Shown here piece after piece: positions 18,549 to 28,879 of a DNA stretch of 64,000 bases (its first letter is position 1; each line of letters begins with the position of its first letter). Position numbers and translations under genes: made by a program. The stretch is taken from positions 23,870 to 87,869 of the forward strand of contig CAZDFJ010000004.1 of NCBI GenBank assembly GCA_964504875.1, read 5' to 3'. The notes beneath the pieces were generated by a model. That model was given only the letters and a program-made list of their open reading frames with translations. It made no database searches and was not told the origin of the DNA. Origin of the DNA: an uncultured Burkholderiales bacterium (GTDB lineage: Bacteria > Pseudomonadota > Gammaproteobacteria > Burkholderiales > CAZDFJ01).

Positions 18549-19601
18549 TTGCTTTACTTATTGAACCCATACAAGATGAAACGATCAGAGCTTCCGTTAA
18601 TTGCGGTCACAACAGGTGAACCCGCAGGCATTGGACCAGATCTATGTGTATTAATGGCACAATCTGGAATCCCTTTTCCAATGCGTTTTATCGTAATTGG
18701 AGATAAACAAGTATTGATTGAGCGGGCGAAACGGCTCAATTGTGAAATTAACATTATTGATTATAATACGCATTATTTGGATTTACCTGTCTTAAAAAAG
18801 GGTGAATTATGTGTGTTGCATATTCCTGTGCACGAAAGAGTGGTGCCGGGACATTTGAATCCAGAAAATAGCCACTACGTGTTGCGGATTTTAAAACGGG
18901 CTATTCAAGGATGTGAACTGGGTGAATTTGGGGCGATGGTCACTTGCCCAACACATAAAGGGGTGATTAATGAAGCAGGAATTCATTTTACCGGTCACAC
19001 TGAGTTTTTAGCGGAACATACGGGAGCAGAACGGGTTGTGATGATGCTTGTTGGGCATCAATTGCGTGTGGCTTTAGCGACAACGCATCTGGCGGTCCGC
19101 GATATTCCTCATGCAATTACACAAGAGAATTTGACACAAGTGATTCATGTATTACATCGTGAATTACAACAAAAATTTAGAATTCCCGCGCCGCGTATTT
19201 TGGTTTGTGGATTAAATCCTCATGCTGGGGAAGGAGGACATCTTGGCATGGAGGAAATAGAAATTATTTCACCAGTTTTAGAGCGCCTGCGCCGGGTGGG
19301 TATGATTTTAATTGGGCCGTTACCAGCTGATACCGTCTTTACGCCCCACTGGCTTGAAAAAGGCGATTGTGTTTTAGCAATGTACCACGATCAGGGATTA
19401 CCTGTTTTAAAACACACCAGCTTTGGAAATGGTATTAATGTGACATTAGGTTTGCCAATTATTCGGACCTCTGTTGATCATGGGACCGCTTTAGAATTGG
19501 CAGGCACAGGACAAATTGATTGTGGCAGTCTTTTTGCTGCAATGAGTTTAGCTCATCAACTTGCAGGAGGCAGTATTTATGCAGCGGCACCAACCGCGTA
19601 A
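18549..19601 (+). CDS. pdxA: 4-hydroxythreonine-4-phosphate dehydrogenase
   Basis: The product carries GEPAGIGPD, GHTEFLA, NPHAGEGGH and TSVDHGTA. The start may be the internal Met at 18576. Confidence 0.9.
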   Translation: MLYLLNPYKMKRSELPLIAVTTGEPAGIGPDLCVLMAQSGIPFPMRFIVIGDKQVLIERAKRLNCEINIIDYNTHYLDLPVLKKGELCVLHIPVHERVVPGHLNPENSHYVLRILKRAIQGCELGEFGAMVTCPTHKGVINEAGIHFTGHTEFLAEHTGAERVVMMLVGHQLRVALATTHLAVRDIPHAITQENLTQVIHVLHRELQQKFRIPAPRILVCGLNPHAGEGGHLGMEEIEIISPVLERLRRVGMILIGPLPADTVFTPHWLEKGDCVLAMYHDQGLPVLKHTSFGNGINVTLGLPIIRTSVDHGTALELAGTGQIDCGSLFAAMSLAHQLAGGSIYAAAPTA

Positions 19602-20385
19602 GCGATTTGGACAACATTTTTTAACAGATTATTCTGTTATTGATGGATTGATTCGAGAAATTTCACCGCGAAAAAATGATTTTATGATAGAAATTGGCCC
19701 CGGTTTAGCCGCTTTGACACGGCCTATTTCTGAATATTTAGATCATTTATATGTGGTTGAATTAGATAGGGATTTGGCAAAAAATTTACGAGAAACTTTC
19801 TCGGCAGAGCACTTAACGGTTTTTGAGCAAGATGTCTTGACTTTTGATTTTGGGCAATTTGCAGAACAAAAAGAGCCACCTCTCCGTGTAATTGGAAATT
19901 TACCCTATAATATTTCTAGTCCGATTTTGTTTCATTTAGCACAATATAAAGACAATATTGATGATATGCACTTTATGTTACAAAAAGAAGTTGTCGATCG
20001 TATTGTTGCGATGCCTTCTACTGCGGCATATAGTCGTCTTTCTGTGATGTTGCAAGTTAATTTCGAGGTTGATTCGCTATTTGATGTCCCTCCTGAGGCG
20101 TTTGATCCCCCTCCAAAAGTTGATTCTGCGATCGTGCGTTTGATTCCTAAAAAACTGCCGGATTGGCAGAAAGAACCGAATTTTGTAACTTGTTTTAAAG
20201 AAGTGGTGACGGCTGCTTTTTCACAGCGGCGCAAAACATTAAGGAATACATTGAAACGATTTTTAACAGATGAAGATTTTGTTGCGCTTGCGCTTGATCC
20301 ACAACTTCGTGCAGAAAATTTACCTGTTCAGACTTATCAAAAAATAGCTTGTTTTTTGTTAGAAAAGAATCCATTATCACAATGA
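19579..20385 (+). CDS. rsmA: 16S rRNA (adenine1518/1519-N6)-dimethyltransferase
   Basis: The product carries FGQHFL, EIGPGLAALT and GNLPYNISSPI. The ORF track starts at 19561, and the ATG at 19579 gives the usual N-terminus. The gene overlaps the pdxA 3' end, matching classical pdxA-ksgA linkage. Confidence 0.9.
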   Translation: MQRHQPRKRFGQHFLTDYSVIDGLIREISPRKNDFMIEIGPGLAALTRPISEYLDHLYVVELDRDLAKNLRETFSAEHLTVFEQDVLTFDFGQFAEQKEPPLRVIGNLPYNISSPILFHLAQYKDNIDDMHFMLQKEVVDRIVAMPSTAAYSRLSVMLQVNFEVDSLFDVPPEAFDPPPKVDSAIVRLIPKKLPDWQKEPNFVTCFKEVVTAAFSQRRKTLRNTLKRFLTDEDFVALALDPQLRAENLPVQTYQKIACFLLEKNPLSQ

Positions 20386-20479
20386 AACTAAATTTTCTTA
20401 ACATTGTCCGATAATTTGACTATCATAATGTTTAAGTAAAAACAGTTTGAATTATTAAGATAAAAAAAGGAGCAAAAAA

Positions 20480-21172
20480 ATGATACCTGAATATGATATA
20501 GGTTATGGTCAAACGACGTCGGTAGAGGCGCGTAATAAGGTTTTACAAAATACGTATGCTTTGTTGGGGGTGAGTATGATCCCAACAGCCATTGGTGCGT
20601 TTTTGGGAAAATCTGTCATTAATTTTGGTTTTTTAGCCGCCTCGCCAATTTTAGGTGCCTTGGCCTTTTTTGGAATTATGATGTTAATGTTTTGGGGCAT
20701 TTCTGCAAACCGTAATAATGCAATGGGTGTTGTTTTATTATTACTCATGACATTTTTTATGGGAATTATGTTAGGGCCTATTTTGCAAGTGGCCGCAAAA
20801 CTAAGAAATGGTGGGGAACTTGTCACCATTGCCGCAGGGAGTACCGCCTTAATTTTCTTTGGGCTTTCTACTTATGCTCGTGTTACCAAACGTGATTTTA
20901 GTTTTTTAGGTAACTTCTTGTTTGTGGGTGTGATTGCATTATTAGTTTTAAGCGTGGCTAATATGTTTTTCCATTTGCCGTTGTTGCATTTGCTCATTAG
21001 TGCTATGGCGGTCATGATTTTTTCTTTGTACATTTTGTTTGATATTAAACAAATCGTAGATGGTGGCGAAACAAATTATGTGATCGCAACCTTACAAATT
21101 TATTTAGACATCTATAATATCTTTGTTAATTTATTGCAATTATTGATGGCATTATTTGGTCAGCGTGATTAA
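20480..21172 (+). CDS. BAX-inhibitor-1/YccA-family membrane protein
   Basis: The 230-aa product has seven predicted TM segments and the typical N-terminus ...ARNKVLQNTYALLGVSM. Confidence 0.8.
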   Translation: MIPEYDIGYGQTTSVEARNKVLQNTYALLGVSMIPTAIGAFLGKSVINFGFLAASPILGALAFFGIMMLMFWGISANRNNAMGVVLLLLMTFFMGIMLGPILQVAAKLRNGGELVTIAAGSTALIFFGLSTYARVTKRDFSFLGNFLFVGVIALLVLSVANMFFHLPLLHLLISAMAVMIFSLYILFDIKQIVDGGETNYVIATLQIYLDIYNIFVNLLQLLMALFGQRD

Positions 21173-21204
21173 TTAATTATGATTAATCAATAAGTTGCTT
21201 CTCA

Positions 21205-21237
21205 AAGCTCCCTAAATTTTTAGGGGGCTTTTTTTTT
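21205..21237 (+). terminator. Rho-independent terminator
   Basis: The stem pairs AAGCTCCCTA with TAGGGGGCTT (one mismatch) and is followed by T9. Confidence 0.7.
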
Positions 21238-21392
21238 ACCCAGATTAATTTTTCTAAATTTTACTATCAAAGTTGATTGTACTAGTTAAGTGTTATTAAT
21301 TATACTTATAACGTAATAACAAATACTGATGATCAAATCATATTGTTATTTAAGCGCAGTATATAAAAATAATATTTAATAAGGAAAATAGA

Positions 21393-23414
21393 GTGGTGAA
21401 AAATAGTGTATTAAATCGGCTCTTATTGTGGATTTTGGGTGTCGCTTTTCTCAGTTTTGGTTTTACAATTGGTGTCATTACATATAAAAATAGCCAAATG
21501 ACACGAACCCTCGCATTAGAAAATATGCGTCATTTAGCTAAGGAAGAAGCTGGAACAATTCAAGTTGCTTTTTCGACCAGGGCTGAAGCGATTCGTACTC
21601 TTGCTCAAACAATTGCGCAGTTACAACGAGAAAAAGCCCTTTCAAGAGAACAACTTAGTGGCATTATTAAAACAGTTTTTGCGCGTTATCAAGATTTGGA
21701 AGGAATTTGGTTTATTGCTGAGAAAAATGGACTGGATCAAGATGCCACATATCAAACAAATCCCATTTATGATCAAGGGCGTCTGACGCTTTATTATGTA
21801 CGTGATCAACAAAATCAAATTCAGTTGAAAAAACCGAATGTGGATTATCAACCGGATTATCAAGCGCCCTTTTATCGTGTGGCTCAAGAAACGAAAAAAG
21901 AATCGATTGCTTCCCCTTATTTGAATCGTAATACAGCCCGTTCTAAATTAATTACTTCAATTAGCATTCCCGTCTTATTAGATGAACAACTTTTAGGCGT
22001 GATCGGCATTGATATCGCTTTAGATACATTACAAGAGGAATTGAGTCGAATTCATCCCTATAAAAATATGGGACTTGTTGCGGTTCTTGCCCAAGATGGG
22101 ACATTTGTCACCCATAAAGAACAAAGAAAAGTCGGAAAAAGAATTCAGGACGTGAATGATAAGTTATTACCTTCAGAATTGCAAAGTGCATTGGGCGCAT
22201 TACAACGCGGGGAGTTTATACAAATTTCAGGCGAGAAAATCGATTCAGAATTAGTTTTCACGCCGCTTCAAATCGGAGAGGCGCAACAAAAATGGTCTTT
22301 GGCGGTCATTGTCCCTCGTCATGCAATTTTAGGCGATTTGAGACACACGACTTCTTTAGCTATTGGCATGGGCCTGAGCGCACTTGTGCTCATTGGATTA
22401 ATTATTTTTCAAATTATTAAAAAATTAATTCATCAACCGCTTTCAGAAGCGATTCATTTTGCTAATGATTTGTCTAATGGCGATTTATCCACACAACTTG
22501 AGATTGTTCAACGCGATGAAATGGGCAATATGCTTTATGCCTTGCAGAAAATGCAAAAGGGTTGGGTCGAAATAATCAAAAAAATCAAGGTGGATGCAGA
22601 AGAATTAGGACATGCGACAACGCAAGTTTTTGATCATGCTCAAAATGTTTCATTGTCTTCGCAAAAACAAAGCTTAACCGCAGTTGAAGTGGCTCAATCT
22701 ATTGAGATGATGGTCTGCACAATGGATCAGATTGCGAATAATTCCCAAGAAGCGCGGCAGACTTCGCAACAAGCAGGAGAACGTTCTGCAAAAGGGAGTG
22801 ATATGCTTCAATTAGTGACAAAAGAAATGGAGGTGTTATCCAAGGCCGTTACAGAATCTTCTCATGTCATTCAATTATTAAATCAACAATCTGAATCAAT
22901 TTCTTCTATTACAGGTGTAATTAGAGATATTGCGGAGCAAACCAATTTATTGGCCTTAAATGCGACGATTGAAGCCGCGCGCGCCGGCGAAACTGGCCGA
23001 GGTTTTTCAGTTGTTGCCGATGAAGTCCGTAAACTCGCAGAAAAAACAGCGGAGTCCACAAAAGAAATTGCGATGATGATCGATCAAATTCAATCTTATG
23101 CGGCGTCTGCCACGGCTTGTATGGACCAAAATGTCAAACAAGTTGAGAAAAGTGTTGTGCTTGTTCAAGATGCAGAAAATTTAATTCACGAAATTAAATC
23201 TGGATCAGCGCAGGTTGTTGACACGATTTATGCGATTTCCAGCGCCCTCATTGCACAAAATCAAACAAGTAAAAAAATTTCGGGTAATATTGAGGAAATT
23301 GCTGCAATGTCTGAGGGAAATGAGCAACTGATTGGGCGCGTGACTGATTCAATGCAGCAACTGAATCAATTATCTGTTTCATTGCAAAAGGCAGTAGAAA
23401 CGTTCAAGTTATAA
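21393..23414 (+). CDS. Methyl-accepting chemotaxis protein (Cache-type periplasmic domain, HAMP)
   Basis: The 673-aa product has two TM segments, a Cache-like block [16 protein letters not shown], and the hairpin-tip signature [36 protein letters not shown]. It has a GTG start. Confidence 0.9.
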   Translation: MVKNSVLNRLLLWILGVAFLSFGFTIGVITYKNSQMTRTLALENMRHLAKEEAGTIQVAFSTRAEAIRTLAQTIAQLQREKALSREQLSGIIKTVFARYQDLEGIWFIAEKNGLDQDATYQTNPIYDQGRLTLYYVRDQQNQIQLKKPNVDYQPDYQAPFYRVAQETKKESIASPYLNRNTARSKLITSISIPVLLDEQLLGVIGIDIALDTLQEELSRIHPYKNMGLVAVLAQDGTFVTHKEQRKVGKRIQDVNDKLLPSELQSALGALQRGEFIQISGEKIDSELVFTPLQIGEAQQKWSLAVIVPRHAILGDLRHTTSLAIGMGLSALVLIGLIIFQIIKKLIHQPLSEAIHFANDLSNGDLSTQLEIVQRDEMGNMLYALQKMQKGWVEIIKKIKVDAEELGHATTQVFDHAQNVSLSSQKQSLTAVEVAQSIEMMVCTMDQIANNSQEARQTSQQAGERSAKGSDMLQLVTKEMEVLSKAVTESSHVIQLLNQQSESISSITGVIRDIAEQTNLLALNATIEAARAGETGRGFSVVADEVRKLAEKTAESTKEIAMMIDQIQSYAASATACMDQNVKQVEKSVVLVQDAENLIHEIKSGSAQVVDTIYAISSALIAQNQTSKKISGNIEEIAAMSEGNEQLIGRVTDSMQQLNQLSVSLQKAVETFKL

Positions 23415-23431
23415 AAATAAAAATAGGAGCT

Positions 23432-23941
23432 ATGATGCGTATTGGACAAGGTTTTGATATTCATGCATTAGTTTATGATCGTCCTTTAATTATTGGAGGC
23501 GTCACGATTCCTTTTGAAAAAGGGTTGGCTGGACATTCTGATGCAGATGTTTTAATTCATGCAATTTGTGATGCTTTATTGGGTGCGGCTGGGTTAGGTG
23601 ATATTGGCCGCCATTTTCCTGATACTGATCCAAAATATAAAAATATTAATAGTCGATTATTATTGCGTAGTGTAGTGAATAAATTACAAATAGAATCACT
23701 TTATATTGCGAATATTGATGCAACAATTATTGCACAAGCTCCAAAATTAGCGCCTTATATTCCAACAATGCAACAGTACTTAGCTGAAGATTTAGGGATT
23801 GCTGCTGAAAAAATTAATGTCAAAGCAAAAACAATGGAAAAATTGGGGGCGATCGGTAGAGGTGAAGGCATGGCTGCGGAAGCCATTTGCTTATTGCTAC
23901 CTTATTCAAAAGGAGAAGGGAGTCTTATTGCGTTTGCTTAG
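23432..23941 (+). CDS. ispF: 2-C-methyl-D-erythritol 2,4-cyclodiphosphate synthase
   Basis: The product carries [20 protein letters not shown] and [10 protein letters not shown]. Confidence 0.9.
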   Translation: MMRIGQGFDIHALVYDRPLIIGGVTIPFEKGLAGHSDADVLIHAICDALLGAAGLGDIGRHFPDTDPKYKNINSRLLLRSVVNKLQIESLYIANIDATIIAQAPKLAPYIPTMQQYLAEDLGIAAEKINVKAKTMEKLGAIGRGEGMAAEAICLLLPYSKGEGSLIAFA

Positions 23942-24085
23942 TCTTGCGTTATTCTCTTTAAAAAACTTATAAAAAATAATAAAAATCAATAGCTGATTAA
24001 ATCACGAAAAGGGTAGAATCAAAAGAAAGAGATGATGGTTTTATGTTGTTTTTGTGAATAATAAGCATTAAGTAGAGATAAATGC

Positions 24086-26956
24086 ATGAATGATTTGGAT
24101 CAGACTGCTTGTTTGTATTTAACCCATAAAGATTTTTTTAATCAAGCTGTTTTTAATAATCCTATTATAGGGGTTGCGTTTTTAACGAAAAGTGGGAATT
24201 TTTTAGAGGTCAATCAAAGACTTTTAGAAATGCTTGATATTTCCACAAAAGAAGAAATTCTCACTAAAAATTGGAAAGATTTTACTGTTATTGAACAGTC
24301 TGATAAATTTGAATCAATATTTTCTGATTGTCTTCAGAAAATGGAAAGTAATGAATCTGTATCGGTCACACAAAATTATTACTTACAAAATAAGACTGGA
24401 TTTTCTATCTTTTGTCGTGTTCATATCGTGTCATTATCTTTGTCATGTCCATTACAAATTTTAGAAAGTCCCGCGTTTTTAATTTTTGTGGAGAATATCA
24501 CTGAAGAAAATATTTATAAACAAATGTTTCAAGTGAATCCGGCTCCGAAAATTTTAGTTTTGCCTGAGTCGGGCGTCATTGTTGATGCAAATTATGCGGC
24601 TAGTTTGTTTTATGGCTATTCTGTTGTGCAATTGAAAAATATGACTGTTTATGATTTGTGTATTTTGCCCAAAGAAACAGTGGAATATCATATTCAAAAT
24701 ACCGTCTATTCTCCTCAAGGATTTACATTCGAATCACAGCATCGTCTGGCTGACGGTAGTTCGCGGGATGTTGAAGTATCCAATGCCTGTATTCGCATTG
24801 GGAAACAAGTTTATTTATATTCAATTATTCAAGATGTGACGGTAAAAAATCGAGCTCAAACGGCGCTTTCTCAAGAGGTGCATCGACATGATACTTTATT
24901 GAAATCCATGCGGGAAGGTTTTCATGTCATAAATAGCGAGGGAAAAATTTTAGAAGTGAATCAAGCCTGTTGTGATTTAACAGGATATTCTCGTGCCGAA
25001 TTGTTAAATTTATCTGTTAAAGAATTAGATTGTTATCTTCAACCAGACGTAGTTCTGCTTCAAAAAATACAAACTTTCTTTTTAGAAGAAAGTGTGACAT
25101 TTGAGACGATGTGGAAGCGAAAAGATCAAATTCGTATCTCAATTGAAATCAAAACAAGTGTTTTCTTTTCAGGGAGTGCCGCCCTTTTATTTTGTACAGC
25201 GCGGGATATCACAGAACGCAAAAAAGCGGAATTGGCGTTACGTGAAAATGAGGCTTGTCTGCGAGAAATCACCAATACGATTGCAGAGGGCTTATATGTT
25301 TTAGATGAGCGGGGACAAATTGTCTTTAGTAATCCAGAAGTTTCTCGATTATTAGGGTGGACTCAAGAAGAATTGTATCAGCGAGATGCTCATGGCTTAT
25401 TTCATCATATAAAAAATGAAGGGAAAAATTTATTACATAAAAATTGTCAAATTGATCAGGTTGTTTTGGAAGGAAATATTTTTCGTGGGGTTGCCTCGTT
25501 TGTGCAGCGAAATGGCCAGATTCTGCCTGTCTCTGTTGTTGCAACGCCTATGATTCGAGAAAATAAAATTGTAGGTTCTATTGTCACATTTCAGGATTTG
25601 AGGGAGTTAAAAGCTGCCGAAGAAGAAAAATATCAGACAGAAAGACGGTTTAAAAAAATTTCAGAAGCCTTACCTGGAGTGGTGTATCAATTACATTTTA
25701 ATGTTTCAAAACGAGAAATGGAATTTGGGTTTTTAAGTCAAGGCGCGCGGGCTTTATTTGATATAGAAGAAGAACGAAATCTGTCTGATCTGCGTTTTGC
25801 TGAAACAATGGAAATGGTTGTTCCTGAGGATTGTGAAAAAATCGCCAAAAGTACGCAATATTCTGCGATATTACTTCAACCATGGAATTTAGAATTTCGA
25901 ATTCGTACACCAAAAGGCGTACACAAGTGGATTCATGGACATTCTATGCCGGAAAAAGATGAAGCAGGCAATATTGTTTGGAATGGTTTTCTGGTTGATA
26001 TTACAAAGCATAAAGAAGAAGAGGAAGCAGTCTGGCTAGAGCGCGAAAAATTTAAGCTAGCAATTGAGGCATCCGAGGCAGGATATTATGATCATGATTT
26101 ACAATTTGAACATGTACATATTGACATGCATGTTGCGCAAATCTTAGGATATGAATTAGTAGATGTTCCACAAGGAAGCGAAATTGTTTCGTGGTGGTTA
26201 AGTCGTATTATGCCAGATTATCGTGATTTAGTTTGTCATGAATACCACAAACTATTAGATAAAGAAATGGATCATCTTGTTTTAGAATATAAAATTAAAC
26301 ATCGTTCGGGCGCATCCCGCTGGCTTCGTGTTACGAGTAAAATTATTACGTTTCAAAATAATATTTCTCACCCATATGATGAAATTGTCGGAATTATCTT
26401 AGATATTACTTCAGTGCGGCGGGCGCAGGAAAAGCTTGAAATTCTTGCCAATTATGATCAATTAACACATTTGGGAAATCGACATGCCTTTACGCATTAT
26501 TTACCCAAATGGATTGAAAAAGCCTATCGTCATAATCAACAATTTGCTTTATGCTTTTTAGATTTAGACGGTTTTAAATTAGTAAATGATCAATATGGGC
26601 ATGATATAGGGGATTTATTACTGAAAGAAGTTGCAAAACGTCTGAATTTGTGTTTATTTCACCCAAAAGATACGGCATATCGGGTGGGCGGGGATGAATT
26701 TATTTTATTGATTCGTCATCAGGCAAGTTTTAAGCAATATTTGACAGAGTTAGCAAATCGTGTTATTGAAAATCTCAGTGTTGCTTTTTTGATTGGTGAA
26801 AAAAGTGTGCATATTGGGGTCAGTATTGGTATTGCTATTTATCCAGATCATACAATGGAAATGAATCATTTGATTAAATATGCAGATAGTGCGATGTATG
26901 AAGCCAAAAATAATGGGAAAAATACATACCGGTTTTATCAAGAAAGCATTGAGTAA
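24086..26956 (+). CDS. Multi-PAS/PAC diguanylate cyclase (GGDEF)
   Basis: The 956-aa product has at least four PAS/PAC-like repeats. The C-terminal GGDEF domain has an intact RVGGDEFILL active site. No EAL domain is present. Confidence 0.85.
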   Translation: MNDLDQTACLYLTHKDFFNQAVFNNPIIGVAFLTKSGNFLEVNQRLLEMLDISTKEEILTKNWKDFTVIEQSDKFESIFSDCLQKMESNESVSVTQNYYLQNKTGFSIFCRVHIVSLSLSCPLQILESPAFLIFVENITEENIYKQMFQVNPAPKILVLPESGVIVDANYAASLFYGYSVVQLKNMTVYDLCILPKETVEYHIQNTVYSPQGFTFESQHRLADGSSRDVEVSNACIRIGKQVYLYSIIQDVTVKNRAQTALSQEVHRHDTLLKSMREGFHVINSEGKILEVNQACCDLTGYSRAELLNLSVKELDCYLQPDVVLLQKIQTFFLEESVTFETMWKRKDQIRISIEIKTSVFFSGSAALLFCTARDITERKKAELALRENEACLREITNTIAEGLYVLDERGQIVFSNPEVSRLLGWTQEELYQRDAHGLFHHIKNEGKNLLHKNCQIDQVVLEGNIFRGVASFVQRNGQILPVSVVATPMIRENKIVGSIVTFQDLRELKAAEEEKYQTERRFKKISEALPGVVYQLHFNVSKREMEFGFLSQGARALFDIEEERNLSDLRFAETMEMVVPEDCEKIAKSTQYSAILLQPWNLEFRIRTPKGVHKWIHGHSMPEKDEAGNIVWNGFLVDITKHKEEEEAVWLEREKFKLAIEASEAGYYDHDLQFEHVHIDMHVAQILGYELVDVPQGSEIVSWWLSRIMPDYRDLVCHEYHKLLDKEMDHLVLEYKIKHRSGASRWLRVTSKIITFQNNISHPYDEIVGIILDITSVRRAQEKLEILANYDQLTHLGNRHAFTHYLPKWIEKAYRHNQQFALCFLDLDGFKLVNDQYGHDIGDLLLKEVAKRLNLCLFHPKDTAYRVGGDEFILLIRHQASFKQYLTELANRVIENLSVAFLIGEKSVHIGVSIGIAIYPDHTMEMNHLIKYADSAMYEAKNNGKNTYRFYQESIE

Positions 26957-27005
26957 GCCATTTTTTTCTTCGTTCCTGTTTTGATTAACTTTTAGGCAAA
27001 AAATT

Positions 27006-27575
27006 ATGCCCGTTGCAAAAAATCGTCGAAAGCTTCAGAAAAAACAAAATAAAAAATTAGAATTTAAACAATTTCAGGCGATTATGCCTGTTTCGGATAT
27101 TCTGCCTAAAAAATCAGAGATTACCCGTCCTCTGACAGCACACATGAATGATAACCATGATAAATTGCCAAAAAATCCGTATGATCGGGATTTTTTAATT
27201 TATCATACTTTTGCGCAAGAAGATCCGAATCAAACACGTATTCCTACATATGTGATTCAATCGCCTAATATCAGTCTTGAAGCAAATTGGGTTTATATGC
27301 GGTTATTGACGCATGATACGAAATTGCCATTTGATTTTGAGCTCGTTGCAAAAGAATTACAAGGCTCGGTAAAACAAGTAAAAAAAGCAATGGATTTGCT
27401 TGAGAAGGAAAAATATGTCTATCGAGAATACATGCCGGATGGGCGGACAATTTATTATATTTTAGAGTCACCTATAGAACATGAACGGCTTTTGCGAGAA
27501 GTCTTATATAAAGATAATCCAAGTTTACGTGAAAAGCGCGCGATCCCGCATGGTAGTCAATTAGATTTGTTTTAA
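27006..27575 (+). CDS. Hypothetical protein with a basic N-terminus and a possible winged-helix DNA-binding domain
   Basis: The 189-aa product starts with the Lys/Arg-rich MPVAKNRRKLQKKQNKK. The segment VAKELQGSVKQVKKAMDLLEKEKYVYREYMPDGRTIYYIL looks like a wHTH. No family is recognised. Confidence 0.35.
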   Translation: MPVAKNRRKLQKKQNKKLEFKQFQAIMPVSDILPKKSEITRPLTAHMNDNHDKLPKNPYDRDFLIYHTFAQEDPNQTRIPTYVIQSPNISLEANWVYMRLLTHDTKLPFDFELVAKELQGSVKQVKKAMDLLEKEKYVYREYMPDGRTIYYILESPIEHERLLREVLYKDNPSLREKRAIPHGSQLDLF

Positions 27576-27614
27576 TCCATTGGCAAAAAAGATCAACAAT
27601 AAGATGAGAACGGG

Positions 27615-28811
27615 ATGAATATTTTAGAGCACAATCAAAAGAAAATTTTATTAGGTGTAACAGGGGGTATTTCTGCATATAAAGTCGCAGAACTTTGTCG
27701 ATTATTGATCAAAAATCAATATCAAGTACAAGTGATTATGACAGAAAGTGCACAACATTTTATTACGCCAGCGACATTTCAGGCTTTAACAAACCAACCT
27801 GTTTTTACGGATTTATGGGATGAACGTATCGGAAATGGGATGGCGCATATTGATTTATCGCGACAATCTGATGCAATTTTAATTGCGCCCGCTAGTGCGA
27901 ATTTTATCGCAAAATTAGCCCAAGGCATGGCCGATGATTTATTATCGACACTTTGTTTGGCAAGAACGTGTCCTTTGATTGTTGCCCCCGCAATGAACCG
28001 GCAAATGTGGGAAAATCCTGCCACTCAACGCAATATACATTTATTAAAGCAAGATGGCGTGAGTTTTTTTGGCCCAGCTTGTGGCGTGCAAGCTTGCGGT
28101 GAGGTGGGTATGGGTCGCCTACTTGAGCCAGAAGAATTAGTGATTCGAACGAATGGCTTTTTTCAAGAAAAATCTTTAAAAAATAAACGTATTTTGATTA
28201 CGGCAGGACCTACTTTTGAGCCGATTGATGCGGTGCGAGGGATTACAAACACCAGTTCTGGAAAAATGGGTTATGCGATTGCTCAAGCAGCGTGTGATGC
28301 GGGCGCGCATGTGATTTTAGTCAGTGGACCCACCGCTTTACCCAAACCAGTTGGCTTAAAGTTATACATTGGTGTACATACTGCGCAAGAAATGTTTGAA
28401 GCGGTCCAATCCAATGTGCTGGATACAGAGGTGTTTATTAGCGTGGCAGCTGTGGCGGATTATCATGTTAAAAATCCAAATACCCATAAAATTAAAAAAA
28501 CAGCAGATCATTTAGTCATTGAATTAGAAAAAAATCCAGATATTTTATCGTATGTGTCGCATTTAGAAAAACCACCCTATTGTGTGGGTTTTGCGGCGGA
28601 AAGTCAGAATTTACTTCAATTTGCCGAAGAAAAACGTCGGCGCAAGAAATTGCCCTTATTAGCAGCCAATTTAGTGCAAACGGCCATGAATCAATCTGAA
28701 AATGAATTAATTTTATTAGATGATCATGGTCAGACGGTTTTACCGCGTTCGGCAAAATCAATTCAAGCGCGTCAATTAATTGAGGCAATTGCCCAACGAT
28801 TAGATAGATAA
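27615..28811 (+). CDS. coaBC: Bifunctional phosphopantothenoylcysteine decarboxylase / phosphopantothenate-cysteine ligase
   Basis: The 398-aa product carries GVTGGISAYK, PAMNRQMW and ITNTSSGKMG. Confidence 0.9.
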   Translation: MNILEHNQKKILLGVTGGISAYKVAELCRLLIKNQYQVQVIMTESAQHFITPATFQALTNQPVFTDLWDERIGNGMAHIDLSRQSDAILIAPASANFIAKLAQGMADDLLSTLCLARTCPLIVAPAMNRQMWENPATQRNIHLLKQDGVSFFGPACGVQACGEVGMGRLLEPEELVIRTNGFFQEKSLKNKRILITAGPTFEPIDAVRGITNTSSGKMGYAIAQAACDAGAHVILVSGPTALPKPVGLKLYIGVHTAQEMFEAVQSNVLDTEVFISVAAVADYHVKNPNTHKIKKTADHLVIELEKNPDILSYVSHLEKPPYCVGFAAESQNLLQFAEEKRRRKKLPLLAANLVQTAMNQSENELILLDDHGQTVLPRSAKSIQARQLIEAIAQRLDR

Positions 28812-28849
28812 AAAAAAGCCCGTTCTTCAATAAGTCAAGAAGAGCGGGC
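28811..28849 (-). terminator. Rho-independent terminator downstream of the S41 protease gene, between convergent genes
   Basis: The stem pairs GCCCGTTCTTC with GAAGAGCGGGC. The T-run lies on the minus strand (A8 at 28811-28817 on plus). Confidence 0.65.
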
Positions 28850-28879
28850 GAATTAAATAAGACCAAAAATCAATGCTGT

